Assembly: GCF_006345805.1 (NCBI RefSeq)
Contig: NC_042999.1
Coordinates: 64,294,001 to 64,358,000 of the forward strand
Direction: 5' to 3'
From: Octopus sinensis
Taxonomy: Eukaryota
Length of the DNA: 64,000 nucleotides
In this document: in pieces, positions 49,948 to 62,682 of the stretch
How positions within the stretch are numbered: position 1 is the stretch's first letter
How the letters are laid out: the number at the start of each line of letters is the position of its first letter
The notes under the pieces: model-generated
Database searches by the model: none
What the model was told of the DNA's origin: nothing
What the model saw: the letters and a program-made list of their open reading frames with translations, nothing else
Position numbers and translations under genes: made by a program

Positions 49948-50047
49948 CTTTAGTTGACTGTTGGCATTTATCAGATGACCACCTGACTTCAGCAGCATGA
50001 CCACGAAGTCTAATTTGCTGTTCAACAGCACGGATTTTGGCTCGTAT
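49948..50047 (-). CDS. MED12: MED12 exon (100 nt)
   Basis: IRAKIRAVEQQIRLRGHAAEVRWSSDKCQQSTK (not in the ORF track); tttcaag / gtaata. Confidence 0.94.
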
Positions 50048-51054
50048 CTTGAAAGAACATAGGAAAAGCATATATAATATTTATCTCCATAAATTATGTT
50101 AGTGGACTGCAGTAATACTGGGGCAATCATAGAAATAACATTTGTGTTATTTATATGCCTTTCTACTACAGAAACAAAGCCAAAAAGGTGAATAGTTGAT
50201 TATGTTGACCCCAGTGCATAACTGCTACTTATTTCATTGAAAAAATACCATTGCAAATGAGATTGTGTATTTCATATAAACTTCAAAACATAATTTTCAA
50301 AATAACCATGGAATTTCTACAGGTAAGCTAGATGATAATTAGCCCCTTTAGTATTTAAACTAGCCATATCAGGCTCAGATATCCTACCTGCTTTATGCTC
50401 AAAACAGCCAGATTCGGCTTCTCACATTTACCTAACAATATCATTCTAAAAATAAAACAATCCCAGCATCAGAATCTTGAAGCTACGAGACAATGCATGA
50501 TTTATTGAAAACAATGTGAATAAAAAAAGCATTACTTTTGACAAAGGAATGTTAATGAATTAATGGATAACAAGAAATAACACAAAAACTGGCTTGTAAA
50601 GCAACCAAGACACATAAACACCCTATCCTAAAACAATTATAAATTATTTATTAATTGTAAAGTATATTAGCCATCTCAATATGGCTAACCACTAAGGGTG
50701 GGTGTTACTGTAGCTTTAGCGATATTGAGATGGCTAGTATACTTTACGTTGTCGAGCAGTTACTGTTTACATCTCATTCAGAGATTTATTATTGCTTATT
50801 AATTGTAATTTTTACAAAAAAATTGGTATGAGAGGAAAGTTTTTATTATGAGGTTTTATTTAAAATTCAATATGTTGCCACCAGCTTCTTGAGTTACCCT
50901 GGAATTGCATCAACTGATTTCACCAGGAACTCTTGTGGGGTGGAAGAATTAACTTCTTGTATTCGCCCTCCAAGTTCTTCCAAAGTCTTTCGTTTGGTAA
51001 TGTGTCGGAAGTAAAAGTATTTGAATTACACCTGCATTTAACTCCATTTATTTA

Positions 51055-51108
<54 letters not shown>

Positions 51109-51247
51109 GCCAATGGATGTTAAATGATGATATATATATATATATAGTTAATCCAAACATGAAAGCACAAAGAGAAAACACAACAATGCAAGGATGTGGA
51201 ACAAATATAATATTACTGGACGCTCAGGAAGGAAGGGAAGAAGGAGG

Positions 51248-51283
51248 GTTTTACGTTTCGAGCAGAGCTCTTCGTCAGAAACA
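51248..51283 (-). ncRNA. Minimal type I hammerhead ribozyme motif (Penelope-like element type)
   Basis: GTTT-CTGACGA-A-GAGC-TCT-GCTC-GAAAC-GTA-AAAC on the minus strand. Confidence 0.7.
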
Positions 51284-52386
51284 TAGGAAAAGGAAAGATC
51301 TAGAGAAGGGAAGACGGAAGAAAAAAAATATTTATTTATATATATTGAGAAGACAGGCCAAGCTAGGTAAACTGTGGTCATTACCAGTGCCATGCTGGAG
51401 ACATGTAAAAAACACCCAGTACACTCTGTAAAGTGGTTGGCATTAGCAAGGTATTCTGTCATTAGAACAAAGCAATTTTTCAAATTTTTCCATTCAATTT
51501 AGAAGCTTTGTTCCCCTGTTTTTTCAGAAAAAGTTACATATATCATCATTTAACATCCATTGGCATTAGGAAGGGCATCCAGTCATAGAAACCATGCCAA
51601 ATCAGACTGGAGTCTGGTGCAGCACCCCCAGTTCCCGTCATACCATCCTACCCATGCCAGCAAATGATGATGATGATCTTACCAGTGAGAATTATGTCAT
51701 AAGAATTCTGAAACCTCGTGAGATATGGATAAATTTTTTATCTTTCTTTTTGAGTGGGACTCAATGTAGATAAAGTAAGCGGGTTTTGTTTTTGTTTTTT
51801 TTTTATCCAATATTTATATGTTATTTATAGCTTTATCTATTTTGAGATCAACAGTTACAAACAACCAAAACAAAAAAAAAAAACCTATTTATTTCATGAC
51901 GCTTGAAGTTTCTAAATTTCTTATGATGTAAACAATTCTGTGGATTATCTACTCCTTCCTACTTTTCTTCTCAGGACCTTCTCTATCTGATGAAGAGCCA
52001 TGCCCACCCACTTCCAACCCATGCTAGCATGGAAAACAGACGTTAAATGATGATGATGATGATGACTCCTACTTTCCCAACGAAAACTTTCACTGAGTGT
52101 CAGTTTAATAAATTCACTACGTACATCCAATTGACTTGTGTTGTTTCTTCCCTGTTTTTTTTTTTGTTCTTAGATTTCCCTGTATACAACGTCAGTTGGC
52201 ATTAGGGAGGGCATCCAGCTGTAGAAACCATGCCAAAACAGGCTATGGAACCTGATGCAGCTTCTAGCCCAGTCAGCTCCTGTCAAGTCATCCAACCCAT
52301 GCCAGCATGGAAAACAGATGTTAAATGATCATAAAGTATGTTTGTGTGTGTGTATATAAAAAAACCATAAATTTCTATAGACTTAC

Positions 52387-52642
52387 CAGTTGATTGTCTG
52401 GGTTAGGAGGCATAGGAAGTGAAGAAGTACCACATCCAAGTAGATCCAAGGGTGATCCACATAAAAAGTTACAAGTTTTGCCATCACCAAGGTTGTTCCA
52501 GACAAGAGCAGCAGGACAGCGGATGGTAATGATTTGTAGTGTGGCACATAACATGAGAATGAGGCTACGATGTTCAAGGCACGATACATATTCAGTGAAG
52601 AGCACAGAGAGAGGGTTTGACAGTGGGTTATTGTTTCCTGTC
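52387..52642 (-). CDS. MED12: MED12 exon (256 nt)
   Basis: ..LFTEYVSCLEHRSLILMLCATLQIITIRCPAALVWNNL..GSPLDLLGCGTSSLPMPPNPDNQL; cccacag / gtaagt. Confidence 0.94.
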
Positions 52643-52865
52643 CTGTGGGAATTAAACAACAGAGACATTTCAATATACAGGGAACGTATTCAAACACAAT
52701 TAAGATTCCATACATCCACAGAAAAAAAAAACACCACTATTATAAAATGGTGAAATGAATGAGAGTTTACAGTACTAGTTTTTCATAAGGAGTTCAAATC
52801 AAGTTATGCTTCTCTTAATATTACCAGCTGGTCCTTGACTGCCTTTAACTTAGTTCACTTTGTTT

Positions 52866-53231
52866 TTTTACTTTTACTTGTTTCAGTTATTTGACTGTGG
52901 CCATGCTGGAGCACCGGCTTTAGTCGAACAAATCGACCCCAGGACTTATTCTTTGTAAGCTTAGTAACTGCTAAGTTACAGGGACGTAAACACACCAGCA
53001 TCAGTTGTCAAGTGATGTTGGGGGGACAAACACAGACACACAAACATACATATATACATATATATACGACGAGCTTCTTTCAGTTTCCGTCTTCTAAATC
53101 CACTCACAAAGCTTTGGTCGGCCCGAGGCTATAGTAGAAGACACTTGCCCAAGGTGCCATGCAGTGGGACTGAACCCGGAACCATGTGGTTCATAAGCAA
53201 GATTCTTACCAGACAGCCACTCCTACGCCTA
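52866..53231 (-). mobile_element. SINE family B, full length
   Basis: Reverse complement of consensus. Confidence 0.85.
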
Positions 53232-54453
53232 TGAATTCTTATGATGTAAACAATTCTGTGGATTATCTACTCCTTCCTACTTTTCTTCTTCTCAGCACCT
53301 TCTCTATCTGATGAAGAGCCATGCCCAAAATGGGCTTGTTGTAACCATTCTGACCAGAACCCATTTCCCCTCTTGTCCATCCACCTTTTTCTAAGATTAT
53401 TCACCCTGTAGCCACATCAATCTGGGGGGGGGGGGAGGCAACAAGCATCATGAGTACAGCCCCTCAGTCAAGCTGACTAACTTAACATTTTTGCTATCAT
53501 AATTATGTAGAAATAATCTGCTCTTGTTTCAATTAATTTTTAAAAATAAAGAATCTAATAAAATAACTTTGTCATTATAAAATAGGTATTTAAAACAAAC
53601 TACCATGAATTTTTGATGGATGTTTTTAATTTAAATTACTTTAAACAGGCAGTTGGAATCACAGAACCAGAGGGAGTCTCCAGCAGGGTGATATCAAAAG
53701 AATTCAAACATTTAAAATAATCCTTCTTATAGCCACATCACAAAACCCATCACCTAATGGTTAATAATCTAATAACTCATGGTGGTGAATTCATGGAAAC
53801 TACCGTTGGGTATATAGTTTCATTCCTCTACATTTTTGTTCAATTCCTGCCAGAGTTAATAAGGTACATGAGACTCTATGGTCCAAGCAGATAGTCTCTC
53901 TGGTGCCAGTGATATGATCATATAAACTCCATTTATAGTTTAAAGTGGTTGGCAATGCAAAGAATGCCTCGTCATTAAAACCATGCTATATACAATGAAG
54001 ATTGAAGATTTTCTCTTCTGAGTGTCAGATGATAAAATACTGAGAGAGATTTCACGTCATGCCAGTATAGAAAACAACAACAAAAAACAAAACAAAATAT
54101 TTTTATGTACATAAGCAATTTTAAATTACCATTTATGAAACTAAGACAAAAAGACATGTTCTTGGCTGTGAGCGGTACAAAGAGAAAAATATTAAGTAGT
54201 GTACTAAATCTGTTGTCTGGTTTAAGACTGGCCCTTGAGTGCACTTTAATAAGGTCCATTCTTATGGAAGTATTTATACCAGGTTTTTGATCTCAGGATA
54301 ACTCATTCTCTTCCTCCCACCAGTCTTAGATGCCCAACCAAAAAGTCAAGGATATAACTTTCCACTCACTTTACCATTTTCACTGAAGTCTTCTGAAACA
54401 CCAGAAACTATGAAAACCATCAGTAAATTCAAGGAAATCCAAACTTTACTCAC

Positions 54454-54593
54454 CCATTTCCATTTGTCATCATAGGAGAATCGGTTCGAGGAGAGCAAAT
54501 TCCATATTCTGATGTAAACTGAGCGATTCTTTTGGCACAAAAGTGAGACAGTTTTCGTGATAAGTAAACTGACATAGACACTTCATCTAGATA
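54454..54593 (-). CDS. MED12: MED12 exon (140 nt)
   Basis: YLDEVSMSVYLSRKLSHFCAKRIAQFTSEYGICSPRTDSPMMTNGN; gttcag / gtgagt. Confidence 0.93.
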
Positions 54594-54774
54594 CTGAACA
54601 AAAATGTCTTCCATTAGAAGGAAATCTTGATTTTTATTTTTTTTTAAACATAGGGTATAAATATTGTGGGAAGGAAGGGATAACAACTTTATCAATCACA
54701 GTACTTAACTGGTCCTATATTTTATAGAGTCAACAAGGCTGAAATACAAAAGTAAAAGCAACAGATATTGACAT

Positions 54775-55160
54775 TGGGCACAAGCATAGCTGTATGGCTA
54801 AACAGCTTGCTTCCCAACCATGTGATTCGAGGTTCAGTCCCACTTGAAGGCACCTTGGACAAGTGTCTTCTGCTACAGCCCCAGGATGAGCAATACTGTG
54901 TGTGTGTGTGTGTGTGCACACGCATGTGCATGCCCTTGTCTTGATGTCATGTGGTGGTTGTAAATGAGCACCATCTTCACACAAATAATATTGTTTGTTT
55001 CAAGTCTTTCACAAAAAACATGTCTTGCCATGGGAAATATTACCTTGCTTGGAAACAGATGAGGGTTGCCAACTAAAAGGGCATCCAGCCACAGAAAATC
55101 TGTCTGAATAAATTCCAGCTAACTCGTGCAATCATGGAAAATGAGACAGTAAATGATAAT
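54775..55160 (+). mobile_element. SINE family B2 (B head, RTE-like tail); further copies near 23429-23950(+), 42795-43100(+), 47925-48315(+), 7650-8030(-), 48660-49020(-)
   Basis: B head, then ccttgtcttgacatc..gggcatccagcc..catggaaa..taaatgat tail. Confidence 0.7.
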
Positions 55161-55291
55161 GAATGAATAAGACCAAAACTAAATGCAGCAGTAAATATTG
55201 CCTTTCCATCACGCAGAATAGAGGCTTAAATGATTCAATATAGCCTACCATAAAACTGAGATCTTACTGACATTTCCTTATGTTGCAATGG

Positions 55292-55527
55292 TTCTTATTT
55301 CTTTACTACCCACAAGGGGCTAAACACAGAGGGGGACAAACAAGGACAGACAAACGGATTAAGTCGATTATATCAACCCCAGTGCGTAACTGGTACTTAT
55401 TTCATCGACCTCGAAAGGACGAAAGGCAAAGTCGACCTCAGCAGAATTTGAACTCAGAACGTAGCGGCAGATGAAATACCGCTAAGCATTTCGCCTGGCA
55501 TGCTAACGTTTCTGCCAGCTCACCACC
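55292..55527 (-). mobile_element. SINE family C
   Basis: Reverse complement of 4990-5221. Confidence 0.82.
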
Positions 55528-56646
55528 CTCAGAACAATGGTTCTTTACTGGCAGAACAATGGTTCTGCCAGTTAAGTGGAGGAGTCTTTACAATATAAGA
55601 CGATATGCTAAAACATGATTATTTATTGGCAGTGTATTCAAGGAGTAGGTTGCATGAACAAGACCTTAAATGTTGAAGATGTTTCAATTTTAAGGTACTT
55701 TTTTGTTACCAACCTGCCTGAAACCGCCTCTGGCTCTGTAGTACAAATGCCTTGCTTTCAAAAGTTCTCAATTAAAATCTTCCACCAAACCTTAGTTACA
55801 ATTTATGTTCCTAAGACTAGCTGAATGATAACCGAGTTATTTTACTAAATTCTTTGTTATATCTTAAATTAATTGGAAGAAATACAGAGCATCTCAGAGC
55901 TGGTATGAACATAAAAAAGGTAGAATATTCAGGTCTGATGCAGCCAGTCAAGATGCTAAAGGGTTTGACTGAAAACCTGACCCAAACTCTTGCAGCAGAA
56001 TAAATTCCGCTTGTTAAACTAAGTGATGGATTAAATCTTATTGCACAAAAATTCAGAATTCAAAGACCTAGAACAAATACCACAAACTGTCTTGTCTGGC
56101 ACTCTAACAATTCTGCCAGCTCACTGCCATGGATTGGTATTCTATTTTATTGAATCTGAAATGATGAAAGGCTAAGCTTACCATATCAGGATTTACAAAG
56201 AGCCTGAGCAAATATTGCAAAGAGGGAATGATGAACCCAGGTTGAAAGGTGGTGCCAGAAATTTTTCTTAAGTAGTGCTAGTCCTTAGTCAATCCTGAAA
56301 TTTTCAGCTCCTAACTATTTATAATTCTGATTTTATGGGCATTCAAAGTTGAGGCCTGATCTGAATTTGAGGACTTTGCAAAATTTGGAGCCATATTTAA
56401 CCTTTAACATCTTTAGAATGACCCTACAATGTCATTCTAGAAATAAACAATCACATCACTCAAATGTTGAAGCTATTAAGTAATGCAGGATTAATTCAAA
56501 ACAATGTAAATGAATAAGTATTACATTTGATAGAATAATCCGAATGCTAAAAGGTTAAAGATAATTTCCTCCCTTCTTCCCACCAGTCTCAGAGGCCATG
56601 AAAAGAGATAAAGGGTTATGGGCATGGCCCTTTCCTCCTAGACTAA

Positions 56647-56868
56647 CCCTTTTGTTACTGTATTTATTTTGAGATGCTCTGTGTTTCTTTCAATTACTTT
56701 AAAATTAACAAAGAATTTAGTAAAAATAACTTAGTTATCATTCAGCTAGTGTTTGGAACATAAATTGTGACTAAGGTTTGGTGGAAGATTTTAATTCAAG
56801 ACTTATGAAAACAAGACATTTGTAGTACAAAACCAGAGGCGGTTTCAGCCAGGTTGGTAACAAAAGGG
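56647..56868. mobile_element. piggyBac-type MITE family P2 (inverted partial copy at about 55698-55895)
   Basis: CTAA|CCCTTTTGTTAC...GTAACAAAAGGG|TTAA. Confidence 0.8.
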
Positions 56869-57688
56869 TTAAATGGTTAAAAAAAATTGAAGAAAAAAAA
56901 CAATTTGAAATCCCATAGGCACATCAATTATAATGATGAGAAATTTGGAAAGAAGAAAGGGTCTAGTTAGTTAAATCAACTCCAGTACTTCACTGGTACT
57001 TATCAAAATAAGTACTAGTGGGTAATACTTATTTGCCTTACATCCGGAAGGATGAAAACAAACTCAACCTTGATGAAATTTGAACAGGGACTTTATTTTA
57101 CTGACCCAGGAAGGATGAAAGGCAAAGTTGCCTTCAGCAGGATTTGAACAAATACCGCAAGGTAATTTTTTTTTTTTCCAACACTCTGGTGCCATGTGAA
57201 AAGCATCCAGTCTAACAGTAAAAGCAATGCCAAATCTGATCTCACCTATGCTGGTACCACATAAAAAGCACTCAGTCTACTTTGTGGGGTGGTTGGTATT
57301 AGGAAGGGCATCCAGCTGTAAAAACCATGCCAAAACAGACACAGAAGTCTGGTGTATTCTTCTGCCTGGCCAGCTCCTGTCAAAACGTCCAACCCATGCC
57401 AGCATGGAATGCTGGCATTAAACAATGATGATGATGACTCTAAAAATCCATTGCTTTAATGGCACAAGCCAGAAATTTTGAGGGGAGGGGGACAGTCAGT
57501 TACATCAACACAGGTGCTCAATTAGTACTTACTTTATTAACCCCAAAAGGTAAAAATGTCAGAGTTGACCTTGGTGGCATTTGAACTCTGAAACGTAAAG
57601 CTGGAAAAAATACCACATAAAATTTTGTCGAGCATGCTAGCAATTGTGCTAGCTTGCTGCACTACAGATAATAATATTAATAACTTAC

Positions 57689-57799
57689 ATAAACAATTTG
57701 TCCAAGTAATAATTTCAACACAGAATCGTCATTTGGTCGTATCTTTTCCATGTGTTCAAGTAACCAAGTGAGAAACTCGTGCCGGTCTAGCAAACCCTC
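57689..57799 (-). CDS. MED12: MED12 exon (111 nt)
   Basis: [37 protein letters not shown]; tacag / gtaagt. Confidence 0.95.
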
Positions 57800-57882
57800 C
57801 TGTAGTTATAATAAAAGAAAGAAAAAGAAAGAAATCAATTTAGAATTTATGAACTATTGTCACTAAAAGAAACATATATTCA

Positions 57883-58230
57883 ACGTTGTCAGCGTCGCCT
57901 TACTGGCACTTGTGCCAGTGACATGTGAACAAAACATTCGAGCGAGGTCCTTGCCAGTGCTGCTGGACTGACTCCTGTGCAGGTGGCACGTAAAAAACAC
58001 CATTTTCGAGCGTGGCCATTGCCAGTACCGCCTGACTGGCCCTTGTGCCGGTGACACTTTAAAAGCACCCACTACACTCTCGGAGTGGTTGGCGTTAGGA
58101 AGGGCATCCAGCTGTAGAAACTCTGCCAGATCAGATTGGAGCCTGGCGCAGCCATCTGGTTCACCAGTCCTCAGTCAAATCGTCCAACCCATGCTAGCAT
58201 GGAAAGCAGACGTTAAACAATGATGATGAT
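57883..58230 (+). mobile_element. RTE 3'UTR fragment
   Basis: Modular subrepeats + (gat)n tail. Confidence 0.8.
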
Positions 58231-58662
58231 TGTATATTATGATTCATAAGGCATACACGCTTCCAAGATGCACTCCGATTTTGGAAGGCCTGTTCTTGAA
58301 TCATTAATTGTCAATTATCTAAATACTAACTTTGTGCTTTATAAAGACACAGATTGATTTTCTGGAACATTTTTTGATACAAAATAGGCTACCTTATAAA
58401 AAAATCAAATAATATAAATATATTTTTTATTATTTAAAATTCTATAAAAGGCTGACAGAAAGCGGTGCTGCTTCCTAGGGCTAAATAGCAGTAGCATTAT
58501 TCTCTTGATGGGACTGTTACATTAAGTTGACAGCATAGAACTACTTTATCATATCACTACTGCTTAAATCTCTCTGGGAAATTTAGAAATGTATTATTTC
58601 TATTTATATCAATATTATATGCAGAAAAATACAATTATTAATTAGAGGTGTAACTCGCCTAC

Positions 58663-58856
58663 CTCATATAGATGTCTGGCAAGACGACAGCAGAAGTGCC
58701 AATATTTAACAGCTATTTCAAAATCAGCAACTGAATGGGCCGGGTTTGAGGGCCCTAAAAAGTTGGACTGTATACCTTGGTTGTTTAGACTATGATAATA
58801 TTCCTGAATTTTCTGAAGTTGTTCTTTCATGTATTTTGTTAGGGCTTGACACCAGT
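58663..58856 (-). CDS. MED12: MED12 exon (194 nt)
   Basis: DWCQALTKYMKEQLQKIQEYY...YWHFCCRLARHLYE; tttcag / gtaggc. Confidence 0.93.
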
Positions 58857-59296
58857 CTGAAAATATTGAAATCAAATATACTAATAGTTAAAAGATATAT
58901 ATTTTTTTTTTACATTAGCACAAGGCCACAAATCTTTTCTGTTTTTTAGCAGGGGTGCAATTTTGAACTAATGCACATTGCCATTATAATCATTTTACAT
59001 CCACACCATCTCACTACCCATCATATATCTTATTCATCCAACACACACAAGAGATATGACCAACTGACTTTGTTGTTGTATATATTTCAATCCAATTGTT
59101 TTGCAAGCTTTTTTTTTTACCTTTTTGCATGGGGATATATAAACTTTATAATGTGGAATGGGTACATTTTGTGGCACTAGAAAGATATCACCTGCAACAC
59201 AGTTAAAAAGTCCCATCTGTTCTTAACAGCTTGGAGTTACTATCCTCTTCCATAAGTTGCTAGTGCTACAGCTCATCGTGTCCATATGTCTTTATA

Positions 59297-59663
59297 TTCT
59301 CTTTATTTGTTTCAGTCATTTGACTGTGGCCATGCTGGAGCACCGCCTTTAGTCGAGCAAATCGACCCCAAGACTTATTCTTTGTAAGCCTAGTACTTAT
59401 TCTATCGGTCTCTTTTGCCGAACCGCTAAGTTACGGGGTTGTCGAGCGATGTTGGGGGGCACAAATACACATATATATATACACATAATACATATATACA
59501 ATGGGCTTCTTTCAGTTTCTGTCTACCAAATCCACTCATAAGGCTTTGGTCAGCCCGAGGCTATAGTAGAAGACACTTGCCCAAGGTGCCACGCAGTGGG
59601 ACTGAACCTGGAACCATGTGATTGGTAAGCAAGCTACTTACCACACAGCCACACCTGCACCTA
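59297..59663 (-). mobile_element. SINE family B, full length
   Basis: Reverse complement of consensus. Confidence 0.85.
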
Positions 59664-60339
59664 TAATATATATATATATATATATGCTAGCTTAAAAGCT
59701 GCACTCCATGTAGACTTTAACACTAGCTCTTGTGGAGGGCTAATTAAGCCTGCAGCCCAGCCCTAAACTAAAGAGAGTTAAATAGCATGACCGTATGACC
59801 CAGTAGTGTTTGATCAGAGGTTAAGGATAGAGGAGATTTTATTCTGTAATGCCATTATTCTATTGCTCCCGTTCCAATTTAAATTCCAACGGTTGGCCAA
59901 TTTGTCCCAAAGTTCTTATCTCGATGTAAAATTAATGAAGCGAATGTCACTTATCTCCTCCTCAATCTCTGATGCCATCTAACAAACACCAACCAAGATG
60001 GCATGGATCAGCCAAGCTTTACCAGCTAGAAATAGCAACCCAATTGCTTTTAAATCAGATCCCAATGCTGGATGTTCAAGAACGAAATGAAGGGCTGATT
60101 TTCAATCCTCGGATCATCCTGATTCCAAAAAGGTGCAATAAGTCTATGTAGAGCAAATTTAGACTGAGATAGACAGAATTTCACTTTTATTTACATATAT
60201 ATATATATATATAAGTTCAGCAAAATTTAGATTCAGATGAATATGGTACTTAAGTTAAAGGCACCAGAATTTTGTATGGTATTATCCATATAAATCAAAT
60301 GGGGTTGCTTATTTTGAGTATATATATATATATATATAT

Positions 60340-60703
60340 ATCATCACCTTTTAACGTCCATTTTCCATGCTAGCATGGGTTGGACAGTTCGACCGGAATC
60401 TGGGAAGCCAGGAGGCTATGCCAGGCACCAGTCTGATCTGGCAGTATTTCTATATCTGGATGCCCTTCCTAATGCCAACCACTCCGTGAGTGTAGTGGGT
60501 GCTTTTTATGTGCCATTAGCACAGGTATCACAACTACAATTTCCATTTGATTTTTATTTTGATGTGTTGATGTACTTGACTCAATCGGTATCCTCAAGCA
60601 CAGCAGGTCACCTTACAATCTAAGGTTAGCACAGCAGGCTGTCCTGCAAGCCATGAACTCACTTCACAGAGGTTTCGGTCTTTCATCATTGCTCCTGTGA
60701 GGC

Positions 60704-60741
<38 letters not shown>

Positions 60742-61080
60742 TCATCATCATCGTTTAACGTCCATTTTCCATGCTAGCATGGGTTGGACGGTTCAACTGG
60801 GGTCTGGGTAGCCAGAAGGCTGCACCAGGCCCAGTCTGATCTGGCAGTGTTTCTACAGCTGGATGCCCTTCCTAATGCCAACCACTCCATGAGTGTAGTG
60901 GGTGCTTTTTACGTGCCACCTGCACAGGTGCCAGATGAGGCTGGCAAATGGCCACAATCGGATGGTGCCTTTTACGTGCCACCGGCACGGGGGCCAGATG
61001 AGGCTGGCAACGGCCACAATCGGATGTCTGATGGCCCAGAGGCTTCCCTTGTCTTCATATCCTTAATTGCTTTATTTGTT
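60340..61080 (-). mobile_element. Two tandem RTE 3' fragments (subfamily 2) separated by (TA)n
   Basis: 60340-60710 reaches the ORF end (GLTGAMMKDRNL); 60738-61080 is internally deleted. Confidence 0.78.
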
Positions 61081-61084
61081 GTGC

Positions 61085-61116
<32 letters not shown>

Positions 61117-61134
61117 ATATATATCTGTATATGT

Positions 61135-61166
<32 letters not shown>

Positions 61167-61277
61167 GTAGGCATAGGAGTGACTGTGTGGTAAGTAGCTT
61201 GCATACGAACCACACGGTTCCAGGTTCAGTCCCACTGCGTGGCACCTTGGGCAAGTGTCTTCTTCTATAGCCTCGGG

Positions 61278-61313
<36 letters not shown>

Positions 61314-62026
61314 TATCTTTTATTTGTTTTTGTCATTGAACTGCAGTTATGCATTGCCAAAAAGTCTTTTTAGTGGAACAAACTAACCCCAGTACTTACT
61401 CTTTTAAGTGTGGCCTCTTTTGTTATACTGCTAAACTACAGGAATGTAAACAAACCAAAATCAGTTGTCAGGTGGTGTAGTGGGGACAAACACAAACAAA
61501 TACATACATTTTTTTTCTTGATAATCAGCAGAAGTTAGAGTGACTCAAAAGCTGAGAGTTTTGAGTGTTGTCATTGTATGAAACACTCAGCTTTTGAGTT
61601 ACTCATAGCTTCCCAACCATATGGTTCTGAGTTCAGTCCCACCGCATGGCACCTTGAGTAAGTGTTTTCTACTATAGTCTTGGGCCGATCAAAGCCTGGT
61701 AAGTGGATCTGGTACACGGAAACTGAAAGAAGCCTCTCATATGTATGTGTGTGTGTCTTAGTGTCTGTGTTAATTTCCAATCTCCACTTGATAACTGGTA
61801 TTGGTATATTTACATCCCCATAACTTAACAGCCTGGCTAAAGAGAGACTGATAAAATAAGTACCATGTTTAACAAAAAGAATGACCGCTGAGATCAATTC
61901 ATTCAGGTTGCAGACTGAAACAAGTAAAAAATAGAAGATATATATACTTATGTTTTAAGTACTATTTTCCTCAGTGCATGACCAAACAAACACACACACA
62001 CACATGCACAACTAATTCAGAAGAGC

Positions 62027-62333
62027 GTGGAGGCGCAATGGCTCAGTGGTTAGGGCAGCGGACTCGTGGTCAGAGGATTGCAGTTTCGATTCCCAGACTG
62101 GGCGTTGTGTGTGTTTATTGAGTGAAAACACCTAAAAGCTCCACGAGGCTCCGGCAGGGGGGGGGGGGCGACCCCTGTTGTACTCTTTCGCCCCAACTTT
62201 CTTCCTGTTTCTTGGGTAACGCTGCAATGGGCTGGCGTCCCGTCCAGCTGGGGGAACACATATGCCACAGAAACCGGGAAACCGGGCCCATGAGCCTGGC
62301 TAGGCTTGAAAAAGGTGCATGAATAAAAAATAA
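62027..62333 (+). mobile_element. tRNA-derived SINE family D, full length
   Basis: A box tggctcagtgg, B box gtttcgattcc, A-rich tail, 13-bp TSD aattcagaagagc (62014-62026, 62334-62346). Confidence 0.88.
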
Positions 62334-62362
62334 AATTCAGAAGAGCAACAAGAATATCTCAC

Positions 62363-62522
62363 CAAGGCACTGATCCACAGTTTGTCTCTTCTTTGTCTTG
62401 TTCTCTTGTAATGCAACATTATGAGCTGCTGTCATCTTTACAAACCAAGCTGCCTTTATCATAGGGATGCTAAAATCACAGAGTGTTGAAAAAATTTCTT
62501 CTTTCTTATTAAAAATAGGTAC
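62363..62522 (-). CDS. MED12: MED12 exon (1st in window, 160 nt)
   Basis: VPIFNKKEEIFSTLCDFSIPMIKAAWFVKMTAAHNVALQENKTKKRQTVDQCL; acceptor ttttacag, donor gtgaga; phase 0 to 1. Confidence 0.95.
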
Positions 62523-62682
62523 CTGTAAAAAACAATATAAGAAAGAACCGAGAATTAGTGGATACCAAGACTTACTGGGTACACAAAGTTCTCATATTGC
62601 AATAACATTTTCATCTGAATGAGATATCTACAGCAAAAAAAAAAATCCATAAGCTGTCTACACATCAATAGTAAACTCACAA

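Noticed and set aside
62027-62100. tRNA-like sequences (also at SINE-B and SINE-C heads)
   Set aside because: A/B boxes are present but there is no complete cloverleaf; each continues into a SINE body, with TSDs in the best copies
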